A stretch of 63,969 bases of DNA, filler included, from Licmophora abbreviata (lineage: Eukaryota), in NCBI GenBank assembly GCA_900291995.1. It is 7 parts of 7 records of this genome, joined end to end, with 100 filler letters (N's around TTAATTAATTAA, not from the genome) between each part and the next. Parts side by side here need not be neighbours in the genome. Positions count along the whole stretch, not along the records: positions 31,464 to 36,270 come from OLMU01001376.1; positions 36,371 to 58,396 come from OLMU01001377.1; 5 more parts are not named here. One strand, 5' to 3'. This document shows, piece by piece, positions 35,833 through 47,728 of this stretch (its first letter is position 1; the number at the start of each line of letters is the position of its first letter). The notes below the pieces were generated by a model, which searched no databases, was not told the DNA's origin, and saw only the letters and a list, made by a program, of their open reading frames with translations. The translations under genes were made by a program, and so were the position numbers.

Positions 35833-35861
35833 CCCTCGTTCTCAACTCTACTACTAGCCAG

Positions 35862-37095
35862 CTAGATTGAGTCTCGTTGGTTTCTCTTGTCACCACCGCC
35901 CGCTACATCTGCATCTTGTTCTCGTTTTCTGCGTTTTCGTCCGTGAGCTAGCCTTCTTTGCAGTCATGATGCGGTCCACGCGATTCCAGGGCATTTCATC
36001 TTGCGCGGGACCTCGCCTTTCCGCCTCCTTTTCCAAAACGATGCGGCCCGACTTGGATTCCAGAATGGAATCGGGCATGACTATTGGGGAAGGCGACGCA
36101 GCGAGTTGCTCTTGGAGTGCTGCAATGGAACCCAATGACGAAAGAGCAAACTTGCCATCCTCGCCTTTCAAATACGCTACTATTTGCTCCGGCACTCTTG
36201 TCAAGACCAGCAGCAAGTCGTTCGATAGGAATTGTACGGCCAGCGGTTGCGCAGGACATAAGATCGACTGNNNNNNNNNNNNNNNNNNNNNNNNNNNNNN
36301 NNNNNNNNNNNNNNTTAATTAATTAANNNNNNNNNNNNNNNNNNNNNNNNNNNNNNNNNNNNNNNNNNNNCCTCCACAAGTGACACATCTACTCGTTGTC
36401 TCGTTCACATCCAAGCCCGACACAAAGGCCGTGTGTCCCAGTAAGAAGCCTTCCACACAGTACGTTTCGGGAAACCGACTGATGCGAATCTTCTCGTCTC
36501 GATCGGCTGTCAGAATGTATCGTTGCTCTTGATTCCTACTATTCACCATACAGAGTGAAGTCAGCATGGATGCTGTGTGTCCTAAAAGAAGTCTGCAGGA
36601 TGATGACGCATCCAATGCATACGCGGTGGCGTCACCTGCCAGATCTCCCGCGACGAGCATATTAAAAGAGTTTGAAGTCGACTCCGGTGTTGTCGCTGCA
36701 TCTGAAAAACTGGTAAACTTCAAGGAAGACACTCGCTTGGCGGAGGAGTGATTCAAATGGGGTGTCAAAGTCGTGTTGCGTGGGACGAGACTCGCGACAG
36801 TGCCGACTCGATAGAGGGAGAGACTCTTGTTGTTTCGAGCGACGGCACACCAAATTGACATATCGTGAAGTAGTCCAATAGCGACCGCCTGGATATCATT
36901 TGAATTCGGCGAGTCGTCTATATCTGAAGTTTTCTTGGTGCTTTCCCCCTTTTCCTCGCATCCTTTGGTCGGAGTCATCACCGCAAGTTCGACTACGACC
37001 GATTCCGTCGACGACGCTTGGAGGACGGCAAAGGCTCGATCGCCGAGGCCAACGACAAAATGCTTCGAGTCGACAGTCTGCAACAGGTCTCTCAT
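35862..37095 (-). CDS. WDR4: WDR4/Trm82 non-catalytic subunit of tRNA m7G46 methyltransferase (spans gap; 3' end uncertain, 35862 or 35890)
   Basis: LVAGDLAGD, LLLGHTASMLTS and ILTADRDEKIRISRFP...GFLLGHTAFVS are the Trm82 signature. An open frame continues on the same strand beyond the linker. Confidence 0.85.
36271..36370. other. Artificial contig-joining linker (inside WDR4)
   Basis: N44-TTAATTAATTAA-N44. Confidence 0.98.
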
Positions 37096-37583
37096 GGTCA
37101 ACAGTAAAAAGGAACTGTCTGAAAGAGTGCCTTCTCCGTGGGCGTTGTCGCGTTGTCGCTTGTCGCCGTGTCTCCTCGTCGTGTGTCGTGTACGAGTAGG
37201 CGACAAATTACTCTGTGTGGGGTTCGTCATTGGCGCGAGTATTCATAGCCAACCATTTTCAGTTTAGCGGCTGATTGACAGACTACGAGGAAGTGTCCAA
37301 AATATGTCCGGGCCCTAAATATGACGTATTCACCGAACACCCTTCCTTCGCGTCATCCCATCTCACGAACTTTTTGCGCAGTGTGTTTTAGCGGCTGCGA
37401 CTTCCAATCCGACCACACTCAACCGACAGCAACAGCAACGTGGACCATACGAAGAAGAACTACAGAACTCTTTCCACCACCATTTTTGCATCTTCCTCTC
37501 GCCTTTGTGCTCCAAGAGTACTTCCGTTGATACCATTGAAACCGAAGAAAGCGGCACGGCGTAGAGCAGGTCTGTCGGAAAGC

Positions 37584-38907
37584 ATGAGTCGAGCAAGGTA
37601 CGTGTTTGGAACTGTACAGCGCGTAGGTCGGTCGTGGTGGTAGTGCCTATGCCCTTCAGATTTTGATGTAGTTTTCTGACTTTTCTCCATACTTGCTTTC
37701 CTAATTCTTCAAGAGTCTATGCCGATGTTAATGTGCATCGTCCAAGAGATTATTGGGATTACGAGGCGCTAACGGTGAATTGGGGCGACCAGGACGATTA
37801 TGAAGTCATTCGCAAGATTGGGCGGGGCAAGTACAGTGAGGTAAGTGTGGGATGCAAGGAAAGAAGTGTGGGGACCAAATGTCGGAGCGTCGCAAACTCA
37901 TTCCGTTGGTTATCTCTCTACACTTGTATCGTTACTTTCAGGTCTTTGAAGGGGTCAATGTGGCCAACACGACCAAGTGTGTAATCAAGATCCTCAAGCC
38001 CGTCAAGAAGAAGAAGATTAAGCGCGAAATCAAGATTCTTCAAAACATGTGCGGTGGTACCAACATTATTCAGTTGTTGGACGTTGTACGCGATCCCCAG
38101 TCCAAGACACCCTCGTTGATTTTCGAACACGTCAACAATACCGACTTCAAAGTACTCTACCCGACCTTGACTGACTATGACATTCGCTATTACATCTTTG
38201 AGCTGTTGAAGGCTCTGGATTACTGTCATTCCAATGGAGTCATGCATAGGGATGTAAAACCTCACAACGTCATGATCGATCACGAAAAACGTCAACTACG
38301 TTTGATTGATTGGGGTCTTGCGGAATTTTATCATCCAGGACGCGAGTACAATGTGCGTGTCGCATCGCGTTACTTCAAGGGGTCCAGAACTACTAGTCGA
38401 TTTGCAAGAGTACGACTATTCACTTGATATGTGGAGCTTGGGGTGTATGTTTGCGGGGATGATCTTTCGAAAGGAACCATTCTTCCATGGACACGACAAC
38501 TACGACCAGTTGGTCAAGATTGCCAAAGTCTTGGGCACAGAAGAGCTATTTCACTATTTGGACACGTATGATCTCGAGCTGGACCCGCACTTTGATGGAA
38601 TCCTCGGACGCCACTCGAAAAAGCCCTGGCAAAAATTTGTCACCTCGGAAAATCAACACCTCGTGTCGGAAGAGTCGATTGATTTTGTGTCCAAGCTGCT
38701 GAGGTGAGTAAAGCTTGTAGAGGACGAGAGTACTTCCGGTCGTCTGGACCGACGATGCTCACTCTTTTTATCTAATCATTTCCGTGCCTATACAGATATG
38801 ACCACCAAGAGCGGCTATCAGCCAAGGAGGCGAGCGCCCATGCGTACTTTGCTCCGATCCGCGAAGCCGCCGCCCGAGGAGGCACCGGTTCCATCTCGTC
38901 CGCGTGA
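37584..38907 (+). CDS. CSNK2A: Casein kinase II catalytic alpha subunit (apparent +1 frameshift at GGGG 38379-38382)
   Basis: [67 protein letters not shown]. Three introns. Confidence 0.95.
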
Positions 38908-39045
38908 GCGAACTCTCAATTGTCCATCTTCTAATCTTGTGGCGTGGCCGCGTGTAGGGCACAAGCGATCTCATTTACATGTTAGACGGTACTTAGGCAG
39001 TCCGTATTTTGTCGTCCTTATGTGGCTATAGTAGGTAGCTTTCAT

Positions 39046-40815
39046 TTACAGCTCCTTGTTGTCAAGCCGCTGCTTCTGCATGACAAATATGTGACCTTGT
39101 ACTCCAACGCCGCTTTCGTATCGAAAGTCAACCATTGGCTCGTAATGGATGAGCTTCAAGTTGAAACTTGCACCTACCAACTGGACATAGTCCTTCCGAT
39201 GTGCAAATCGGCCTGAGGCGGTCAATTGCCATCTCCAATCGGGTTTAGATTCTACGAGACTTTTGGAAAGGGGCGAATGTACACAATGAGAGGAGCGCTG
39301 GGTTGGCGAATTCGGCATTTATCACAGAACTTACGCGTCCTCTGTTTCCTTGTTAACGTTCTCCAGCGTGAAGGCGAGAAAGCCTCCATCTTCGAGACCC
39401 TCCGCCATCGACTCGAACAAGGGAACCAGATCGCCAAAGTAGATAAAAGAATCTCCAGCAATGATCAGCGATATGGGTTTCAGATTTCGAAAGACTTCCA
39501 TTACATCGTCTGCCCTCGTTTCATTGTACAGTCCTGGTCTAGCGATATTGGCCTCTTGAATAATGGCTTCGCTGAGGTCGACACCTACCAAGTAGTCACT
39601 GGCATTTCGAAACTGACCAAACGTTGCATGTCACATTGACGCATGAGATTAAATTCATCCTCGAGCAATCTTCTTCTTCTTCAACTTACCTGCTCTCCTA
39701 CAAGCCCCGTACCACATCCTGCGTCGACTACGAGACGAAATCTGGGGACCTCGTCTTGCCCACCAAGCGCCCTATCAAAGCCTCGTCGTAACCTCTCATA
39801 GCCAGTGTATTGGAGTTCGTCTACGAGTGAGTGCTCAAAACTAGTGAGGAAGAGGAGCAACGAATAATGTCAGCACCGGGAGACGGATCTGTAAAACGCC
39901 AACACACAGACTCAATGGCACCTACTTTTGCGCGTAGTCGTCGAAGAGTGACTTGACGTAGACATTCGAAGCTCGCGTCATGGTAGCATCTGCTGTGACA
40001 GTCGCTAGCATATGCTTGGCAGATTCATTGTCAGAATCGAACTTTACTGCCATGGAAAAGGCGTTGGCTGCCATTTCAAGACACGGAACTTCGGTATTAG
40101 GATCGTCTGTGAGGGCGCACTTGCGTTCCGGACTGTGAATGATGGCGAGGCCTATCCTATATTGCAGCTGAGACAGAATGAAGCGGGGCTCTCCTGGGGG
40201 ATCGGTCGGCTCCACCTCCGCTTGCGTCAGTATCTCATATGCCTTGTTGTAGGCAACTAGCGCCTCCGCATGCTGCTTCAGCTCGTCGTGTAGTACCGAG
40301 CCCAGGTTGCCCAACGAGGCCCAATGATACGGATCGAGCGTGTTTGCATAGGCATATGCGTCTGCCGCTTTTCGGGGTTCCTCGAGCTCCTGGTATACCA
40401 TTCCGAGAAAGAAGGAGGCTTGCGCTGCAATGTTCGTCGCATCTTGATTCAAACTTGTGTCGACGATATTCCCGATTTCGTCCGAGTATGCCAACACCGC
40501 TGTCCTGTAGGCGTCTGCGGCTTGTTCCTCTCGTCCCATGGATGAAAGTGCCGTCCCAAGATTAGTGCGAAGTGATAAAATGGTGAGGAGGGACTCGTCC
40601 TCGAGATCTGCAAAGGATAAGGCTCTCTCGTAATACTCGATCGCATCGTCGAGCTGATCCGCTGCTAGTGCGCGATCACCGAGCATTAGGAAGTTTTCGG
40701 CAGATAGACCATCGGTCGACGCTTCGCTCGTCGAAATACCAGCACTCGCAACCAAAACATGGACTACCAGTAGTGCTTGCAAGAGAATGCGAAACATCAT
40801 CGTGGGAACTAACAT
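39046..40815 (-). CDS. Signal-peptide TPR protein fused to a class I SAM methyltransferase (COG4976-like), 4 exons
   Basis: TPR helices, then YVKSLFDDYAQ|NFEHSLVDELQY, VVDAGCGTGLVG, GVDLS, DSFIYFGDL, GFLAFTLE, LTASGRFAH, matching the bacterial 'predicted TPR-repeat methyltransferase' pattern. Confidence 0.85.
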
Positions 40816-41088
40816 GCTTCAAGTCAAGTGTGAGCTAAGTTCAGGCTTCCCGCTGATGTCGTCGCGTCGTTGCCTCCTTCCCCGCCACACACATCAAATT
40901 TTGCATCGAATTTCAAATCTGTCATGACATTTTCAGAAGAAGCCAGAACAGCCGATCATGCGCGGATGTGGCCACACTGAGATCTCCACAATGGCTTGGC
41001 TCGAATAAACGCACCTGCGTTCCGACTCACGAACACGCTTTCTTGTCCATACGCCTCCAGTTCCCTCGCGCTGTGACTGCCACCTATA

Positions 41089-42465
41089 ATGACGGATAAC
41101 ATGACGGCCCTTCGAAAAGCCCTCGAGGCGGGCACGTCGCGAGATGCACACGAACGCATTTGTACGGTCGACGCCTACAATGTTCCCACTGCTCACGGAC
41201 ACACGCGAGCGGAAATGCGACTCGAGAACCTGTGGCATCGTGCGACGTACATATTCGTGAGACAAGAAGATGATGTGAACGAGACGGAAAAGAATCCAAA
41301 CGACGAAGCTGATGAGGAGATCCATGTCTTGGTCCAGCGTCGCTCGAAAGACAAGGACTACTGTCCAGGCAAGCTCGATCCAACACCGGGCGGCGTCGTG
41401 GGCTTTGGAGAATCGTACCGTGAAAATGCTGAGCGAGAACTGCAAGAGGAGATGGGAATCGATGTTGTGAGTTCATCCTCGCCGCACACCATGACGAGAC
41501 TTTTCGCATTTCCCTACCAAGACGAGCGAGTCCGTGTGTGGGGAGAATTCTTTGAAGTGCACTTTCACGGAACGCTGGGAGACCTTACAATTCAGACGGA
41601 AGAAGTCGACGAAGTCATTTGCATGTCACTGTCAGAAATGCGTGCCATGGGGGATCGAGAACCTGATCAATGGATGCCGGACGCCTTGCATGCCGTTCGA
41701 CTTTATCTTCAGTTTCACCAAGACTCAAGTTTGAACCGTCGTCGTCTGCATGGATACTCGAGCGGAAACCTCGACGCGTACAACCTTCGACCCAAGCCAC
41801 AGGCGATCTTTTTCGATTGTGACGACTGCTTATACTTTGACAACTGGCAAGTAGCGAAGGAGCTTACGGCCAAGATTGATGAGTGGTGCGTCAATCATGG
41901 ACTCCCGCCAGGTGAGGCCTACCAACTATACAAGAAGCACGGAACAGCATTAAAGGGACTTCTCGCGGAAGGGTACATGGATCATTCTCAAGGTTCAATC
42001 GATGACTTCCTCCGTGACGTACACGACGTTCCCGTGGCAGACATGATCGCGGCTGACCCCGAGCTTCGACAGATTCTTAGTCAGATTGACCCTTCAATAC
42101 CAAAGTTCATCTTTACCGCAAGTGTCAAGCATCACGCCGAACGTTGCTTGAAGGCGTTGGGGATCGAAGACCTGTTTGTGGACATTATCGACGTCAAGGC
42201 CTGCAATCTGCAGACGAAGCATTCGCTAGAGGCATTTCAGGCCGCCATGAAGATCGCTGGAGTGGACGAACCCGAGAGCTGCCTCTTTCTGGACGACAAT
42301 CTCAAGAACATTCAAGCTGCTCGTCAAGTTGGATGGAGAAGTATCCTAGTGGGACGCATTGGACGGGACTGCGGTACCGTCATCTCCACAGAACATGCCG
42401 AAGTCGAGATCGATCGGATTCATCACATACAAGCCGTCCTTCCTGAAATTTTTGATACAACGTAA
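41089..42465 (+). CDS. Nudix hydrolase (YfcD/IDI-like) fused to HAD-IA pyrimidine 5'-nucleotidase (SDT1-like)
   Basis: Single uninterrupted 458-aa ORF. WHRATYIFV, QRRSKDKDYCPG, Nudix box GGVVGFGESYRENAERELQEEMG, then HAD FDCDDCLY, YKKHGTALKGL, IFTAS, K and FLDDNLKNIQAARQVGW. Confidence 0.9.
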   Translation: MTDNMTALRKALEAGTSRDAHERICTVDAYNVPTAHGHTRAEMRLENLWHRATYIFVRQEDDVNETEKNPNDEADEEIHVLVQRRSKDKDYCPGKLDPTPGGVVGFGESYRENAERELQEEMGIDVVSSSSPHTMTRLFAFPYQDERVRVWGEFFEVHFHGTLGDLTIQTEEVDEVICMSLSEMRAMGDREPDQWMPDALHAVRLYLQFHQDSSLNRRRLHGYSSGNLDAYNLRPKPQAIFFDCDDCLYFDNWQVAKELTAKIDEWCVNHGLPPGEAYQLYKKHGTALKGLLAEGYMDHSQGSIDDFLRDVHDVPVADMIAADPELRQILSQIDPSIPKFIFTASVKHHAERCLKALGIEDLFVDIIDVKACNLQTKHSLEAFQAAMKIAGVDEPESCLFLDDNLKNIQAARQVGWRSILVGRIGRDCGTVISTEHAEVEIDRIHHIQAVLPEIFDTT

Positions 42466-42961
42466 CAATGAAGAGCTAGCAGTGTTTCCATTTGACACAA
42501 GATGCAACAGCCTTAGCAAGGATGATAAGTGCCGGGAGAGCTTGCTAATGTTTCTGCTCGTACTTAGCAAGTAATTAGCTCTACCTGGCCTATCTCTCGA
42601 AATCTAAAGTGGTAGCACAAGCCTCAATTTCACCACTCTGTATCAAAAATTGTCTCGTCTTTAGGCATTGCCGAAATCTTGGGTCTTCCATTGACTACAG
42701 TGTACTCTTGCTCATGCCCGTAGATTAGTCGTGGTCGTGCAGGTACTGTCGCTTCTGCGAAGTCATTCGAACTTTTGACAGAGGCAGTGATGAGTCAGGA
42801 CGATTTCGCAGAAACCCGGATGTTTCAGTATAGTAGACTGCACTTCGCCGTTCCGGACAATTTCAATTTTTTGCACCGCACACGCTCTTCATTTTTCATT
42901 TCCGTTTCAAAAGAGCTCTTCGGAACACGCTGCTCCCAATCTTTTCAAACTATAGTAGAAG

Positions 42962-44756
42962 ATGAGCTCTGATGGAGATGGAAAGTCGGGGAGAAGCCCC
43001 TTTGGAGGAGGGGAAGGAGAAAAGGGAGGCAAACGTGTGGTCGCTGAGGAGCCAACGATGCGGTAAGACAAAATGAAATATGACTGTTGTTTCTGGAGTT
43101 ATTCGACGCGGATTCGTCCTAGAAGTGAAATGAGGGTGAGAGGTGGGACCTGGTGATGTCGGAAGGTCGGGACATCGTGGTAATGCTCGTCACATTGGAC
43201 CACCATGGTCGCAGGTGGTGGAAACCATGCATGGACCCGCGACGTTCCCGGATCATCATCGTCTTGGATCCTGGAACTTCTTCTATGATCATCGCGACAT
43301 ATTCGAAATGTCTTTGTGGCGTCACGCTTCAATAGCTTGATTTTTTTACTTATCGCGGATCGAAGTCGCTTTATCTGCTGTGAGATTCCATCTGACTCAC
43401 CTCCTGCGCGCTTCTCTCATGTTCTTGTGACGATGAACCATGTTCAATGTTGTGAACACGATTGCTTTCTTTCTTTCTTTCTTCCTTGACCATGTCCATC
43501 GAACAACCTCGCTCACAGAGCCGTTGCAATCATGAGCAAGCAGCCAACGCTTCATGATTCCCAGCAAATTCCGAGACCTGGTCTGGGGTTCATTAGTCTG
43601 CCTCCAAAAGGGCTGCTCGGCTCACCGCCGAACAAGAGGGAATGGAAGACCAAGAACGGAGGAAGCAGCTCGCTACGAGTTAAACAGGAATGGAGTGAAG
43701 AAGTCACCATTCCATGTGACTGGATTGTTTCGAGTAGCTGCTTGGAGCAGATTCCGTATCCTCTGGAACGGACTCATCGAGAAATCCACGAGAGCGCCGA
43801 CAAAGTTGCATCTCGCATCTCGGATGCCCTTCGAGGGTTATCTATCGAGGCGGAGTATGACAACGACAAGGCCAAGGCAAAGTGCCGAACGAAGGACTTT
43901 GTTAGCTTCCGTATCCGTCTCTATGCGGGTGGCGAGAGTGGACAGCCGGTCGTTGTCGAAGTCCAACGACGCAGCGGACCCGGACGTTGCTTTATGCAGA
44001 GTTGTCGTGCCATTCTCTGTGCTGCCGAAGGAGGGGACCTCTCTACTGTTAAGCCCTAAGAAACATCCTGCGGAACTGTGCAAAGTCGGCGACATGAAGT
44101 GCCTTCAGAATGTTGTCGGACAGTCTACGCCGGAACAAGACGGCGAAGCGCTCGAATTTAGTCTCAACAAAGCCATCGACCTGCTTCGCTCGGAGAAGCT
44201 GGACTTCCGAAGGCTGGGCATCGAGTACCTCGCTATCCTGACTGACCCTATCAAGACTGCCCCGCCTTCGTCAAAGCGTATCGCCAAATTGATCCTGGTG
44301 GAAGAGAACAAGTTTAACATCCGGGAGGACCTGACGACGGTGCTGGAAAGGGATGTACTCGTGCCCGACTTTGAGCAGATGACTGATAGCGACGGCGTCA
44401 GTCACTCCGAGCAGCTCCGTCACCTAGCCTTCAATCTGCTATCAAATGCTCTCATGTTAACCTGTCTGGACGGAAGCCTAAAGAAGGCCATCGTGGAGAG
44501 CGACTGGTACGGTGACTTCTTGATCCCGACCCTATTGGAGGAAGTGAGGAACGCAGGCCTATCTCCCAACAATGCGTATGTCGCATCGTGCTGTCTTAAT
44601 ACTCTCATGTCGTGTTCCGATGTGGCACGCGGCGTTGTGAAGAGAGATGATGGCGCGGCTACTATTAGGGAGGCGCAAGTGTTGGGGAAGCGTCGGCACG
44701 AAGCCCTGGCAAACGAGACGGAGCGTTGCCTGAAAACTCTCGAGAGTTTTCTTTAG
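42962..44756 (+). CDS. Hypothetical protein with KA1-like domain and ARM-like helical C-terminus (intron 43063..43518; apparent frameshift at CCC 44054-44056)
   Basis: A short first exon joins in frame (phase 2) to ORF 43532. FRIRLY...VVVEVQRRSG...F resembles KA1. The helical C-terminal half lies in the +1 frame. Confidence 0.6.
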
Positions 44757-44832
44757 TTCTTTTTTAAAAGATTTCGTCTACGATTATAACATCTAAGATC
44801 ATTTGTATGAACCAACGTATGGCAGCGTTTGT

Positions 44833-46010
44833 TCAAGGTTCCTTCACCTTACGCCGAGTTGGTGATGCAAGAATTGAGTAGAGAATCTTGAAGAGAAACA
44901 CGAACAGTCCGTAAAGATCGATCACCAAATCGTAAAAGACTCCGCCCAGCAACGTCTCCGCAACCTGAATACGTTGTAGGAAGGGTATAACAATGAGCAT
45001 GGCACATTCGAGCCACCAAGGCACACGGTTCACTGCACTCACTTTGCAATCGAATCCAACCCGATCCAGTGTGCCGTGTGAGCCAAAGTGATGCCTTATT
45101 TGGTTCATCTTACTTTGGGATATCGGCGGCTCACCACCTGCCGTCCACACAAGTAACTGAGAAGATGGGAAATGCTCAAGAAAATTCTGAAAAGGAGGCA
45201 TACTCTTTGCGAGAAGACGCGCGTTGATGGCCAGCACCACACCTGGATTCATACCGGGAACGAGGTCAGAGCTGGTCGTCACACGTTCACGACTAGCAAC
45301 TCATTCGCCAAACATCTCTTACCCGCAGACCGATTCATTAGGTTGTGTCTTCTGATAATATCTATCATCTCATAAAGGTGCTCTTCGGTGTGACCAAAGG
45401 GATGAACAACATCGACCTTGAATCCAAGCGAGAACACAACACCCCTCTGAGTCATACCCGTGGAGAATGCCCAAGGCAACGAGTGAGGTTTTCCGCTGGG
45501 CGGTGGTCACATTGCAAGGCACACACTACATACCGACTCCTCGGTCATCATCTTCATGCACGTCTCTATAAACGTATCCGCAGGAATCTTCACATCTTCC
45601 GACGATCTTCCCGGTCCTGGGACCACATCGGCATTCAGGAACACGGTGCGCTCCTCAACCGAAACGTCGAATTCTTTGAACAGAGTCAGTGTGGGTTCGA
45701 CTGCATTCATGTCTTTGAAATCTAGCTTTATATGTTTCTTGAGATGCCGTTTTCCTGACTTTGAAGATAGATCTTTTGTAACTTGGCGCAGGAAAACTTC
45801 GGCTGAAAGATCGCTTGACATCACTGGCGGGTGTGACATGATAGGAACAATCCCTTCACTCCTATTTCGCCCATGTTCACTCTCATCGCGTCCCATTAGG
45901 AGATCTGCTTCGATTGCAGTAACATCACCGTCCGACATTGCCTTTTCCAGCTTGGAAGAGCTGTTGGTTGCATGCGCCCACGTTTGCCGCGAAGACGGGA
46001 TCGAGCTCAT
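44833..46010 (-). CDS. FAM151/Menorin (DUF2181) phosphodiesterase-like protein with a C-terminal hydrophobic segment
   Basis: TWAHATNS, AIEADLLMG, PIMSHPP..SDLS, IKLDFK, VFLNADVVPGPG. Probably three introns; internal boundaries partly uncertain. Confidence 0.8.
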
Positions 46011-46711
46011 TTTGGTTTTTTCGAACAAGCCGTTTTCACGCGCCAAACTTCAAAACTTGTTTAGAGTCGAAGGTCTCCCTTTTCAGACCTCAGCGATCGT
46101 TCCAGATGCTCGTAAAACTATGACCTACGCTATGTCGCTCGGCACTCTAGTCTGAAAAGTATCGCCAACCTAGTTTTTACGTCCAACGGCGGCCCCGCCC
46201 TGAGGCCCCCAGAGAGGGCGGGCTCACTAGATGTCCATGAAAAGGACCCGGACTAGAAAGCGGAGCTGATGTGATGCGATGGCGCGCCGCGGGATGACCG
46301 GCGCTTCGTCACACACGCACGCGATCTTAACGTCTTTTGGCCACGGCGCCCCGTGTGGTATCAGCGATGGCGAGATGTACACAGCAACAACAGAACAGAA
46401 TTCACAACGTGTGCCGTCCGAACAATTTCACATGGGGCTGTCCCTGATGCGTCGAATTGTAGAGCGTCTAGCCTACAAAAAGTATGGACAACAGAAGCTG
46501 TAAGGAGCGAAGACGATGTGGCACTCGTCATTTCCAGATTGAAGTGTCAAGGAGTTCGAAAAGAGTATTCGCGTATGTAGCGGTCTATTGGTTATTTTAG
46601 CAAAAAGGGGCGCGTGGTCAGGCAGGTCACGATCAAGTATTATCGCGACAGGAGGCGAACAAGGGATGCCAAAGTGACAAACTCTGACTCGCGAGTTTTG
46701 AACGTGGTCTC

Positions 46712-47728
46712 TCATGCTTCCTTGGCGCTGGGTTTGGTATCGGCAGTCGCCGATTGAGATTCTGAGTCGTCGGCATCACCTGCCAGAATGGCTTGCACAG
46801 GATTCTCCTCTAACCATTGCTTGTAACTCTCGGTTCGCTTGACTGTAATGACGATACGAGCGCGCCGAAGCTCCCTTGATCCAGCCGAACCCCTTTGTCC
46901 CCGATGATGTTGCCCTGAGAAGTGTTGGGATTCAGTAGAAGGTGGATGTTGATAAAGTGGTGCCCGACTGCTTCCTGCAGAAGCATGTGGTTGGGGAGGA
47001 GGGTACCCGGGGGCCCCGGCCGGTACAGTCCCTGCTGATGATTGTCTCGACTCTGCACCTGTTGGCGGTAATAGTCTTTTTCGTTTCGGCTCAACCGTGA
47101 CGTATGAAGTTTGTATTCTGAGATGTAACGGATGGAAGAACACATCGAGAGGTGTGTGAGAGCGGCTGCGACAAGGAGCATACACAGCATACACGACGGA
47201 GCTTGATCACGACCAACGACAGGCTTACCGAACAATGGTGGCCAGTTTGGATCGCTCGAGAAGATGAGCTGCATCGACCGCAGATACGATTGCACCTTCT
47301 AGGGCAGACAGATCACACATTTCGTCTGTAACGAGAAACTTGCGTGCAAGATTGAAAAAAGCGGCCGGTCCCTTGGAAGCACTGACGGCGATGACCTGCC
47401 GTGGTTTTTCCTCAGTGTCGGAGCTCGAAACATGAGGCACTTCAGGTGGAAGTACCTCGGCTTTTGCTGCATCCTCTGTGACCTCTAGAGATAAAGCAGC
47501 CGGTTTCTTTGTCTCGGAATCCTCCTCTGATACTTCAGTGCTCTGTGGCGCCTTTTCAGGGTCCGTCGTACCTTCACTAGGCACGCCGGCGGAGCTAACT
47601 TCGTCTGGTACAATCTCCTTTGACTGGACTTCGGACGTATCCCTTGATTCTCCCGCTGACGATTCTATTCTCGTCTCGTCGTCTGTCTCCGACGAAGCAT
47701 TTTTCCCCGCTGGATCTTCTGAGGACAT
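46712..47728 (-). CDS. Alba-domain nucleic-acid-binding protein with an acidic disordered N-terminus
   Basis: IAVSASKGPAAFFNLARKFL...LSALEGAIVSAVDAAHLL...IVR|IQTSYV...ARIVITV is an Alba pattern. Intron 47118..47228. Confidence 0.8.

Noticed and set aside
37584..38907. CK2-alpha as a pseudogene or programmed frameshift
   Set aside because: The sequence is otherwise perfectly conserved, there is no slippery heptamer, and similar homopolymer indels occur in unrelated genes; sequencing error is more parsimonious.
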